From NCBI GenBank assembly GCA_046964515.1, contig JBKUYM010000009.1, positions 21,339-85,338 of the forward strand: DNA of 64,000 nucleotides, in the 5' to 3' direction. The translations under genes were made by a program, and so were the position numbers. Source of the DNA: Clostridia bacterium. Lineage in GTDB: Bacteria > Bacillota > Clostridia > TANB77 > CAG-508. Under the pieces are notes generated by a model. The model was not told the DNA's origin. It worked only from the letters and a program-made list of their open reading frames with translations, and ran no database searches. This document shows, in pieces, positions 34,961 to 43,937 of the stretch. Each line of letters begins with the position of its first letter. Position 1 is the stretch's first letter.

Positions 34961-35377
34961 ATGGGTGCTGGAGCAAAAGTAAAAGGTTACTTAAAAAATT
35001 GTGACACAAATGAAATAAGGAAGTTCATGTTTAACCCTAACAGCGTAGAATATGACATAGGTAAAGAGTATAACACTATGGTTTCTCCGGGATTATCTTA
35101 TCCTAAAATTGAGTATGGAAAAGGTAGTGTTATAACAAGACCTTACTCCTTATATCTTAGAGGTGAAGACACAGAAGACTTTATAACATACTTAGAAGGT
35201 TTAGTAACACCTAAAACAAAATATAGTGAACCACCTATGGTTATGTGTGTATTTGGAACTTCTGTATGTAAAGGATATATAAACTCTTTAAAAGTGAATA
35301 AAACCCTATTTGATAATAATTTGAAATGTACGGAAGCTACCTGTGACATAAGTATTGTGGAGGTGAGGGACATATGA
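34961..35377 (+). CDS. conserved tail protein (tube-like/initiator candidate)
   Basis: 138-aa ORF containing FMFNPNSVEY. Lies between the tape measure and LysM genes. Confidence 0.45.
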   Translation: MGAGAKVKGYLKNCDTNEIRKFMFNPNSVEYDIGKEYNTMVSPGLSYPKIEYGKGSVITRPYSLYLRGEDTEDFITYLEGLVTPKTKYSEPPMVMCVFGTSVCKGYINSLKVNKTLFDNNLKCTEATCDISIVEVRDI

Positions 35378-35640
35378 TTTTTAAAGGCTCACGTTATGAA
35401 GAAACACCTACAACTATTAGAGATGACAGACAGATATTAACTCGTAGAGAATGGGTGACAGATGAAGAACACTATCGTTATATTGTAATAGAAGGTGACA
35501 CTTTAATGAATATAGCGTATAAATGTTATGGTGACGAAAGTCTATGGTGGAGAATAATGGAGAGTAACCCTAAATACAAAACACCTTTAGATGTAAAACC
35601 AGGCGATTTATTGTTAATTCCTTTGAGAAATGAGGTGTAA
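35374..35640 (+). CDS. LysM-domain tail protein (XkdP-like)
   Basis: YIVIEGDTLMNIAYKCYGDESLWWRIMESNP...PGDLLLIP is a LysM-type motif. Confidence 0.65.
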   Translation: MIFKGSRYEETPTTIRDDRQILTRREWVTDEEHYRYIVIEGDTLMNIAYKCYGDESLWWRIMESNPKYKTPLDVKPGDLLLIPLRNEV

Positions 35641-35643
35641 TAA

Positions 35644-36402
35644 ATGGTATCTTTCAGCATAAACTTAAATGGTAAACAGTTTACTACCGAAATGAAGGAA
35701 TTTATATCTAGTATAAAAATGAAAAAAATAAGTACAGGGGCATCCTCTTTAGAGATACACATAAATGACCCCGAAATGACTTTTATAGGTGATGTAGAAT
35801 TGTTCAAGCAAAATGTACCCGTTAATTTTTCTTTTAAAAAGGATAAAGCTGATAGTGTAACAGTAAATTTTGTAGGGTATGTTGCTCAAGTAAGTGTGGA
35901 AATGTCAAATGATGTTCCTACAATGACTATTGCATGTTCAGATGAAAGTTACAGATTAGATAGGAAGAAAAAATCTAAAAACTGGGGTAACAAAAAACGT
36001 CATGTAATAGCTAGAGAGATATTCCAAAGCTATGGCTTAAAAACTGTAATAGATGAATCACAGGATAAACCTTCAACAAGTGATAGTAATTCCAGTAGTT
36101 CGGAAGTGTCACAAAGTAATGAAACAGATATGTCATTCCTAAAGAAATTGGCAGATGAAGAAGCAGATGATTGGTTATGTTATGTATTTAATGGCACAGG
36201 TTATTACTGTAAGAAAAACTTATTGGAAACACCTAAGAAAACACTTGAATATAGAAAAGGAGAATGTTCCATAAAATCCTTTAAACCAACTATAAACAGC
36301 GTAACTAAACGTGTCCCAGTATATGAACAGGATTATGATTTAGCTAAACAAAGTGTAACGGAAGTTACAACAACTAAAACTAAGAATAAGCAAGGGAAGT
36401 GA
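35644..36402 (+). CDS. late-control gpD/XkdQ-like tail protein, N-terminal part
   Basis: 252 aa. Position fits. Ends in TGA TGA, and the remainder of the family's sequence lies in the next ORF. Confidence 0.55.
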   Translation: MVSFSINLNGKQFTTEMKEFISSIKMKKISTGASSLEIHINDPEMTFIGDVELFKQNVPVNFSFKKDKADSVTVNFVGYVAQVSVEMSNDVPTMTIACSDESYRLDRKKKSKNWGNKKRHVIAREIFQSYGLKTVIDESQDKPSTSDSNSSSSEVSQSNETDMSFLKKLADEEADDWLCYVFNGTGYYCKKNLLETPKKTLEYRKGECSIKSFKPTINSVTKRVPVYEQDYDLAKQSVTEVTTTKTKNKQGK

Positions 36403-36406
36403 TGAT

Positions 36407-36859
36407 ATGCCACGTGTAGGTGACGGAAAAGATGAAGTCGCTGTTTTAGAAGGTGACATAGACACTCTTGAACCTTATATGGAGTTAGATGCAAGACAGA
36501 CCATACGATTAGAGGGAGTAGGAGAAGCACTAACAGGTTTATACTATGTTACAGAAGTAGATTTTGAGTTATCGGGTACAGAATTTAAACAGTCATTAAA
36601 AGTAGAACGTAATGGATTTGGTGATTATACTAAAGCCTATGACGTAGCTATAAAAGGTAAAAAAACTGTGCAGAGCGATGCAGTCAAACCTGTAACGAAA
36701 AATAAAACGCATAAGGTTAAGAAAGGAGATACATTATACAGCATTTCAAAGAAGTATTACGGAAGTAGTAAGTATGCTGATAAAATATATAAGGCAAATA
36801 AGTCGAAAATAAAAAGTAAAAACATTTTAAAAGTAGGAATTGTTTTAATATTACCATAG
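36407..36859 (+). CDS. gpD/XkdQ-like C-terminal part with LysM domain
   Basis: IRLEGVGEALTGLYYVTEVDFEL is a gpD-like C-terminal core. A LysM motif follows: HKVKKGDTLYSISKKYYGSSKYADKIYKANK. Confidence 0.55.
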   Translation: MPRVGDGKDEVAVLEGDIDTLEPYMELDARQTIRLEGVGEALTGLYYVTEVDFELSGTEFKQSLKVERNGFGDYTKAYDVAIKGKKTVQSDAVKPVTKNKTHKVKKGDTLYSISKKYYGSSKYADKIYKANKSKIKSKNILKVGIVLILP

Positions 36860-36872
36860 GAGGTGTAATACA

Positions 36873-37130
36873 ATGAAATACAGAGGTAAAGTAATAAATA
36901 ATACAGACCCTATGAAAATGGGGCGTATAAAAGTATACTGCCCTTTAATTTATGGGAATAGTGAGAGTGCATGGTGTTATCCTTGTATTCCTTTAGGGTT
37001 TGAATACCATATTCCCCAAGTGGGACAAATGGTATGGATTGAATTTGAGAAAGATGACATAAGCAGTACACCAATCTATGTAGGAACGTGGGGTGAACAA
37101 GATAAATGGATAAAGATGTACGAGGAATAA
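36873..37130 (+). CDS. baseplate spike/XkdR-like small protein
   Basis: 85 aa. GRIKVYCP...GQMVWIEFEKDD resembles gpV/gp5 OB-fold N-terminal domains. Confidence 0.5.
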   Translation: MKYRGKVINNTDPMKMGRIKVYCPLIYGNSESAWCYPCIPLGFEYHIPQVGQMVWIEFEKDDISSTPIYVGTWGEQDKWIKMYEE

Positions 37131-37519
37131 GTTTTCCTTTTAGAATAGGAAATAAAGGTGGTATTGTAATGAGTGAAGCTAATTTACAAGATGTAGAGCA
37201 TATAGAGGAAAGTATTGAGCAAATATTGTGTACGTGTTTAGGCGAAAGAGTAATGAACTATGAATTTGGTTCAGAACTAGATACTGATATATTTAAGGCT
37301 CAAGATTCCTCTTTATACTCTTTGTTACGTTACCAAATAATGGATGCGTTACGTAAGCATGAACCACGTATAAACGTGGATGAACAAAACATTACAATAT
37401 TACAGGAGAAAAGTGTAATACAAGTGGAGATTAAGTATACATTAGTAGATTTCCCGAATTTAGGATTATTATGCACATTAATTAATTTAGGAGGTGCTGA
37501 CTTTGAAAGTAAGGGGTAA
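37106..37519 (+). CDS. baseplate wedge protein (gpW/gp25-like)
   Basis: GISFPFRIGNKGG..EHIEESIEQILCTCLGERVMNYEFGSEL is the gp25/GPW family pattern. Confidence 0.7.
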   Translation: MDKDVRGISFPFRIGNKGGIVMSEANLQDVEHIEESIEQILCTCLGERVMNYEFGSELDTDIFKAQDSSLYSLLRYQIMDALRKHEPRINVDEQNITILQEKSVIQVEIKYTLVDFPNLGLLCTLINLGGADFESKG

Positions 37520-38975
37520 TGTGGATTATACAAACCGAGATTATGCAGGACTTAGACAGGATATGATTCAAAGATTACAACAATTAATACCCGAATACAC
37601 AGACACTTCTGATAGTGATGCAGGTATAGTGTTAATTGATTTATTAGCACATGGGTTAGATATCTTATCCTATTACAATGATAAAGTGGCGAACGAAGTA
37701 TTTTTAGCTACAGCAAGGGAGCGTAGTAGTGTAATGATGATAGCACAAGGAATATTAGGTTATGAAATACAAGAGAATACACCTTCCAAAGTGTACCAAG
37801 TATTTGAAATAATCCCGACAGAGGATAACACTATTATTCCAGCTGGAACATTGTTACGTACTAAAGGAGAGTATGGAGAATCCTCTTTATACTTTGAATT
37901 AGATACTGACCTTATTATACCGGCAAAATGTACAGGATTAGAAAAAGACGAAAAAGGAGAATATTTATACAAAGTGTCATGCACACAAGGATATACAGTA
38001 GAAAATGATGCATTGGGGTCATCTGACGGGACAGCTAATCAAACGTTTACTGTTCCAAGAAGTGGTGTAATAAAAGATAGTGTAATAGTTAGTGCCATAA
38101 GTGAAAATGGTATGACAGAAGAATGGACTAGAGTGTCTAACTTTATAAATTCATCTCCTTTAGACAAACATTACACTGTTACATTGGATGAAAATAATGT
38201 AGCAACAGTACATTTTGGTAATGGACGTAGTGGTAAAATACCAGCAGTACATGTTGACGGATTAACTGTAACCTATAGAATAGGGGGAGGAACTGTAGGT
38301 AACGTAGCACCTAGAGTTATAAATAGAACTGATGAAAATTTGGCTTATGTAAAGAGTACATTTAATCCAGCCGAACCTTATTTATTAGGGGTAGATAGAG
38401 AAACATTAGAGGAAATAAAATTAAATGCTTCGTCTTCCTTTAAAACACAATGGAGTTGTATTACAACAGAAGACTATGCAGACATTTTAAAAGGGCAAGA
38501 GTATGTTTTAGATGCTTATTCATATAGCGAAAAATCTAAACCATTGGATATAACGGTATATGTGTTACCTAAAAATTATGGAGACATGAATGATGACACG
38601 TTGAAACAATTACGTAAATCTTTAGAGGAAGTTTACCTAAGCAAAAAAGCATTAGGTGTAACAGTTTCAATAAAATGGGCAAAGATACAATATGTAACAT
38701 TGAATTTAGACATTACACTAGAGGAAACAGCATCAAAGGCTATGACAAGAAGTGTAATAACAGACACATTATTCGCCAATTATAATTTAGACACTAGAAA
38801 AATTGGAGAACCAATGTATTTGTCACGTATTTTATCAGATGTATTAGATATTGAAGGTGTTTTAGATGTAACAGGATATTTAGATGACAATAAAGCCAAA
38901 ATAATCCCAACAGAACCTGGAACTGTGACAGCGTTACAAACTATTAATACAATAATGAATGGAGGGGTTGTGTAA
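37494..38975 (+). CDS. baseplate J-like protein
   Basis: About 490 aa, following the gp25-like gene. DYTNRDYAGLRQDMI-type N-terminus. True start may be TTG 37503 or GTG 37521. Confidence 0.75.
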   Translation: MLTLKVRGNVDYTNRDYAGLRQDMIQRLQQLIPEYTDTSDSDAGIVLIDLLAHGLDILSYYNDKVANEVFLATARERSSVMMIAQGILGYEIQENTPSKVYQVFEIIPTEDNTIIPAGTLLRTKGEYGESSLYFELDTDLIIPAKCTGLEKDEKGEYLYKVSCTQGYTVENDALGSSDGTANQTFTVPRSGVIKDSVIVSAISENGMTEEWTRVSNFINSSPLDKHYTVTLDENNVATVHFGNGRSGKIPAVHVDGLTVTYRIGGGTVGNVAPRVINRTDENLAYVKSTFNPAEPYLLGVDRETLEEIKLNASSSFKTQWSCITTEDYADILKGQEYVLDAYSYSEKSKPLDITVYVLPKNYGDMNDDTLKQLRKSLEEVYLSKKALGVTVSIKWAKIQYVTLNLDITLEETASKAMTRSVITDTLFANYNLDTRKIGEPMYLSRILSDVLDIEGVLDVTGYLDDNKAKIIPTEPGTVTALQTINTIMNGGVV

Positions 38976-41900
38976 TGGATTTTGGCAATTATTTATACAA
39001 ACAACTTCCAGCATATTATCGTTACAGGGATATTGAAACAGAGTACACTTTAGAGCGTTATTTAAAATGTTTAGGCGAATATCTAAATGTTGTATTTGAG
39101 GAAACAGATGACATAAAAGATTTATTAGATGTGGAGAAAATGCCTAGTAAGTTTTTACCCTATTATGCAAAAATGTTTGGTATAAAAATATATGACGATA
39201 TATCAGAAGACTTTCAAAGGAAGTTACTAGCTAACATTGTTCCAATACTTAAACGTAAAGGAACACGTGACGTAATAGAATTTGTTGCAAGGGAATTAAC
39301 AGGTTATGACGTTGACATAACAGAGGGTAATGAATACGCCTTTAAAACATGGGTAGATGAAGTAGCGCTACCTTTAGGGGCAAACCAATCTTTAACTTTT
39401 GCCGAAACTCAAACAATACATTACAGATATGCTGGTAGTGAATTAACAAGTAGGTTTATAGTCTATGTTGAAATACATACACTAGAAATGGAAGCAACAA
39501 TATCAGAAGAATTAATTAGAAGGTATTTAAAAGACTTAGTACCAAGTTATATAAATGTGGTATTCGTATTAAATCAACACTTAATTGACGAGGAAGATTA
39601 TAACGAAGAAGTAAATGTAACAGTTGTAGAAAGTGGATTTAGAGATACAGAAGTTGTAACAGACAGAACATATGGTAATGTTCAATATGAACATTATGAC
39701 CGATTAAAATACCTTCCCGAAATAGAGGACGTAAAATTGCATGTAACAGAACTAGATTTTGGGTGTATAACAGAACAAGAGCGTTACACTGTATACAGTA
39801 TTATAAGTGAAGGAGATTATACAGATGAAGTGACAGATTTATCTAATTCGGGAGGTGTTACACCTACGCCAACACCAACACCGATAGACCCCGAACCTGT
39901 ACCCGACCCCGACCCTGGTATAGAAAAATTGACAGATTTAACAGGTGCAGTTGTTATGGGTGATTCACGTTTTGTAGCTATGCAAGGTTATGGTGACAGA
40001 TATTTTAAAGATATGACAGTAGACGCTAAAATAGGGTGTTCAGCTAATTACTTCTATAATTCAAAAACTGGTGTAAATAGATTAACGCAATATCCAAAGG
40101 ATGCAAAATGTTTCATAATTTTATTAGGTGTAAATGACCCCGAAACAAGTGGTCAATATTACATGAAAAATATGTTAACAGCATTACGTGGAGAATTTCC
40201 AACAACGCCTGTGTATGTCATACAAGAATATCACATGGGTGAGAAATTTAGTGACGGATATGATTACACTGCAATGAATAAAATGATTGATGAATTTAAT
40301 ACTGCAACAGATAAGGTATGTATAGATTTAAGTATACACCATATTGATGCAAGTAAAGGTTTGTTAGTCAATAATATACTAGATAGTCAATACTCTAGTG
40401 ACGGATGCCATTTAAACCAAGCAGGTTATGATATTTTGTGGGGTAATGTAAAAGACACAATACTAGATACAGAAAATAATAAAGATGATGGTAAGGGGGA
40501 TACATCTTTAGAAAAAATAGGTGTAACAACAGGTAATGTTAATGTTAGAAGTGGAGCAAGTACAGATTATGACGTTATCGGTACATTAACAACAGGTACA
40601 CAAGTACAAATAGTAGGTCAAGACAGTACAACAGGTTGGTACAAAATAAAATACAATAATGATTATGGTTATGTTTCAAATAAATATGTACAAATAACAA
40701 GTGAAGGAGGAAGTGAATTACCTCCTATACCTCCCGACACTAAAGACCCTCTATACGTACCCGATAGATTTACGGGAAAAGTAACTAATAACTATCAATT
40801 AATGGCAAAAGCATATGAAATATTAAGACACTATAACACATGTTATCTTTATGGTGGTATAGGACAAATTGTAACGCAAAGTGTAGTAAATGCTAAGGCA
40901 AAACAATATCCTAGCTTCTATACTTCTGCAAGAAAGGCAAACTATACACAATATATTAATAGTAGTAAGAGATATTGGGGATTTGACTGTGTCAATCTTT
41001 ATAAAGCTATTTTATGGGGTTGGAATGGTGACGCAAGTAAATCTTTTGGTGGTGCAAAATATGCAAGTAACGGTGTACCCGATGCATCAGCAGACGGATT
41101 ATTCAGTTACTGTACAGGTAAGTCAAGTACAGGCTGGGATAATATGGTGATAGGTGAAGCACTATGGATGTCTGGTCATTTTGGCTTATATGTAGGTAAT
41201 GGAAAATGTATCGAATGTTCCCCACGTTGGAATAGAATAGGGTTAGGTACAAGTTGGGGTGAAGAATGGAATGGTGTTATGCTAACAGCTGTAAGTAATT
41301 GTAGCAATCACCCAACGGACTTACATACTAGAAAATGGACTAAACATGGTAAACTTCCATACATTCAATACTTAACTAAAAATCCATTTATAGATTCAAG
41401 TAACACAGAACAAGCTGGAGATACAACAGGTACTTTAGTAGGTGAAACATTCTTAGCAAATATTACAGCTTATTATCCCGATTCTTCTACATTAGAAGGA
41501 GGTTACCAAGATGCTATAGGTAATCCTTTAGTTGGATATCCCGACCAATTAACATGTGCAGTACCTAAAAATGTGCCACTTGGAAGTAAAGTAAAAGTAC
41601 TTGGCACAGGTACTAAGTATGACAACCTTATATTTACAGCTACAGATAGAGGGGGAGCAATAGTAGTAGATAGTGACGGAACTTATCATGTAGACCTTTG
41701 TATGAAAACTGCTACAGAAGCTAACACATTTGGAAGACGTAAAGGTAATGGTGTAAAAGTAATAATAGGGGATGTTGTAACATCTACAAGAAAAGTTGCC
41801 ATTACAAAACAAGGGTGTAACGTACGAAGTGGTGCTGGAACAAGTTATTCTGTGTTAGGTAAAGCATGTACTAATTATAGATTTACAGTTTTAGACGATA

Positions 41901-41980
41901 GCAAAGACTGGATTGCTGTAGAGTATCATGGTAAAGTGGCATATGTGAGTGCATCTGTAGTTAGTATAGTTATGGTGTAA
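38975..41980 (+). CDS. baseplate protein (gpI/XkdU-like N-terminus) fused to SGNH hydrolase, SH3b, NlpC/P60-like, 3D and SH3b domains
   Basis: N-terminus LPAYYRYRD. PT/PD linker near 39860-39915. SGNH blocks GDSRF, GVND, DGCHLN. SH3b VNVRSGASTDYDVIG. FDCVNL plus GHFGLYVG. 3D-type TATDRGGAI..VDL. Second SH3b at the end. Confidence 0.7.
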   Translation: MDFGNYLYKQLPAYYRYRDIETEYTLERYLKCLGEYLNVVFEETDDIKDLLDVEKMPSKFLPYYAKMFGIKIYDDISEDFQRKLLANIVPILKRKGTRDVIEFVARELTGYDVDITEGNEYAFKTWVDEVALPLGANQSLTFAETQTIHYRYAGSELTSRFIVYVEIHTLEMEATISEELIRRYLKDLVPSYINVVFVLNQHLIDEEDYNEEVNVTVVESGFRDTEVVTDRTYGNVQYEHYDRLKYLPEIEDVKLHVTELDFGCITEQERYTVYSIISEGDYTDEVTDLSNSGGVTPTPTPTPIDPEPVPDPDPGIEKLTDLTGAVVMGDSRFVAMQGYGDRYFKDMTVDAKIGCSANYFYNSKTGVNRLTQYPKDAKCFIILLGVNDPETSGQYYMKNMLTALRGEFPTTPVYVIQEYHMGEKFSDGYDYTAMNKMIDEFNTATDKVCIDLSIHHIDASKGLLVNNILDSQYSSDGCHLNQAGYDILWGNVKDTILDTENNKDDGKGDTSLEKIGVTTGNVNVRSGASTDYDVIGTLTTGTQVQIVGQDSTTGWYKIKYNNDYGYVSNKYVQITSEGGSELPPIPPDTKDPLYVPDRFTGKVTNNYQLMAKAYEILRHYNTCYLYGGIGQIVTQSVVNAKAKQYPSFYTSARKANYTQYINSSKRYWGFDCVNLYKAILWGWNGDASKSFGGAKYASNGVPDASADGLFSYCTGKSSTGWDNMVIGEALWMSGHFGLYVGNGKCIECSPRWNRIGLGTSWGEEWNGVMLTAVSNCSNHPTDLHTRKWTKHGKLPYIQYLTKNPFIDSSNTEQAGDTTGTLVGETFLANITAYYPDSSTLEGGYQDAIGNPLVGYPDQLTCAVPKNVPLGSKVKVLGTGTKYDNLIFTATDRGGAIVVDSDGTYHVDLCMKTATEANTFGRRKGNGVKVIIGDVVTSTRKVAITKQGCNVRSGAGTSYSVLGKACTNYRFTVLDDSKDWIAVEYHGKVAYVSASVVSIVMV

Positions 41981-42017
41981 TGAGTATGCTATAATATTAT
42001 CAAAAGGAGGTATAGTA

Positions 42018-42542
42018 ATGGATAAAAATAATTTACATGCCGTAGGGCAATTTAAAGACAAAGTTTATGACGCAAAGACTGGAGAATTAATAAAAGAAAC
42101 AGAGTGGAGTAAAAATACCATAGTCAATAACATAAATAAAGCCATAGCATATGCTTTAGCTGGTAAAGGTGGATTATGTTATTGGGCAGTAGGTAGTGGT
42201 CAAGCAAGTTGGAATGATACCAATTTACCTAGTCCTTCCCCTACTGATACACAACTTAGTAATGAAATAGGAAGAAAAGCAATTCCGTCATCTGCTTTTA
42301 AATTCTTAGATGCAAGTGGTAATGTAACAGCTGGTATAACAAACGTGTTACAAATAACACTTACATTCAACGCTAGTGAGTGTAATGGAGATTGGAGAGA
42401 GTTCGCCATAATAGGTGGAGATGCCACAAGTGAATTAAACAGTGGTATAATGATAAACCACAAAATACACAAACTACAAAGTAAAACGGAAAATCTACAA
42501 ATAGAACGTAGTATGAGGTTTACATTTAATAATAATAACTAG
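42018..42542 (+). CDS. tail fibre-associated protein
   Basis: 174-aa ORF with SD AAGGAGG. Assigned by position after the baseplate genes. Confidence 0.45.
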   Translation: MDKNNLHAVGQFKDKVYDAKTGELIKETEWSKNTIVNNINKAIAYALAGKGGLCYWAVGSGQASWNDTNLPSPSPTDTQLSNEIGRKAIPSSAFKFLDASGNVTAGITNVLQITLTFNASECNGDWREFAIIGGDATSELNSGIMINHKIHKLQSKTENLQIERSMRFTFNNNN

Positions 42543-42554
42543 GAGGTGTAAGAT

Positions 42555-43937
42555 ATGTCAGATAGATTCGCATTAGGTTCATCCTTCAATGCAGATGCCA
42601 ATTTTAAAAGCGTAAAAGTTGGTGCTGGAAGTTATGTACTTGAAACAGAACTTAATGAACTACAGGACATTTCTTACTACAGACAACAACAATTTGTAAA
42701 AGATTACATAGGTGACGGTTTAATGAATATAGGAAGCCTGTCTTATAAAGACGGCTTCCTTACATTAGATAATGAAGTTGCTGTAGTAGGAGGTTATTTA
42801 ATAGACATTACACATTTATCATGTGAAATACTAAGAGGTCATCACGCTTACCTTAAAGTTTGGGAAGAAGAAAAAGCATACACTGACATTATAAAATTTA
42901 AAGGTAATGCTCAAGAGAGTAGAGTGGTAGCTAATAGTATGTGGGATGAACGTGTAAATGAGGAAACAACAAGAAGAATACAAATAATGTATGACTTGGT
43001 GACAGATAATTCAGATAAAAATGCGACATACCTAGATATAGGGTATTTAGGAGCAGATACCTTTAATGTAACAGTAAGTACTAAAGGGCATAACACCACT
43101 AAATTTACTTATGAGTGTATAGCTAAAGAGGGTCAAACTGTTATAGATTTCCCTAGAGCGTATGCCTTTGGTAAAAGTACAATGCTAGTATTTATTGATG
43201 GACTTCTATTAATGCCCGAAGACTATGTGGAAGTAGACAGTAAATGTATTAGATTCAATATTGAAATACATGAGGGACAAAAGATTTTCTGTTACGCAGA
43301 GAATTATATAAAACCTATAGTTGGTGAAGGTCATGCTGAAACACATATGGTAGACGGAAATGACCCATTAGATATTACAGACCTAAAAGACGAAGAAGAT
43401 TTACTAGATAAGTTAAGAGGTTTATTAGGTAAAGTTGTAATAGACGGAGGGGGATTTGGAGATTTAGATACAGAGCGTGACACAGTATATAGTGGGGGTT
43501 TATTTACAGATAGTGCAGATATACTAGACCTTAATTTGCCCGATACAGGAAATGATGCTAGAGAACTTGAAATACAAGTAAGTGGAAATAAAGTGTTACA
43601 ATATCGTTACAAGGGTGAAACGTTATGGACTGACTTAATTGACTTTAAAACGTTACAAGGAACAGAAGTAACAGGATTAGATTTAACAGGTAAGAGATTA
43701 ATGCTTAAAAATTCCAATGGTACTTTTGGTAATGCAATAAATTTCCCTAATGTAATAGATGCTCTAACCTCAACAAGTGCTATAAATCCATTGTCTGCTA
43801 ATCAAGGTAAAGCATTGAAAGCCTTGATAGATAATATACACACAGGTGGTGGAGAAGTTGATACCTCTAAGATTGAAGCTAATTTAAAAACATATGTGGA
43901 TACCCTTATTTCAGATGCCATTGGAGGTGAGTATTAA
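42555..43937 (+). CDS. tail fibre protein
   Basis: 460-aa ORF with SD AGGAGGTG. Position only; no domain recognised. Confidence 0.5.
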   Translation: MSDRFALGSSFNADANFKSVKVGAGSYVLETELNELQDISYYRQQQFVKDYIGDGLMNIGSLSYKDGFLTLDNEVAVVGGYLIDITHLSCEILRGHHAYLKVWEEEKAYTDIIKFKGNAQESRVVANSMWDERVNEETTRRIQIMYDLVTDNSDKNATYLDIGYLGADTFNVTVSTKGHNTTKFTYECIAKEGQTVIDFPRAYAFGKSTMLVFIDGLLLMPEDYVEVDSKCIRFNIEIHEGQKIFCYAENYIKPIVGEGHAETHMVDGNDPLDITDLKDEEDLLDKLRGLLGKVVIDGGGFGDLDTERDTVYSGGLFTDSADILDLNLPDTGNDARELEIQVSGNKVLQYRYKGETLWTDLIDFKTLQGTEVTGLDLTGKRLMLKNSNGTFGNAINFPNVIDALTSTSAINPLSANQGKALKALIDNIHTGGGEVDTSKIEANLKTYVDTLISDAIGGEY

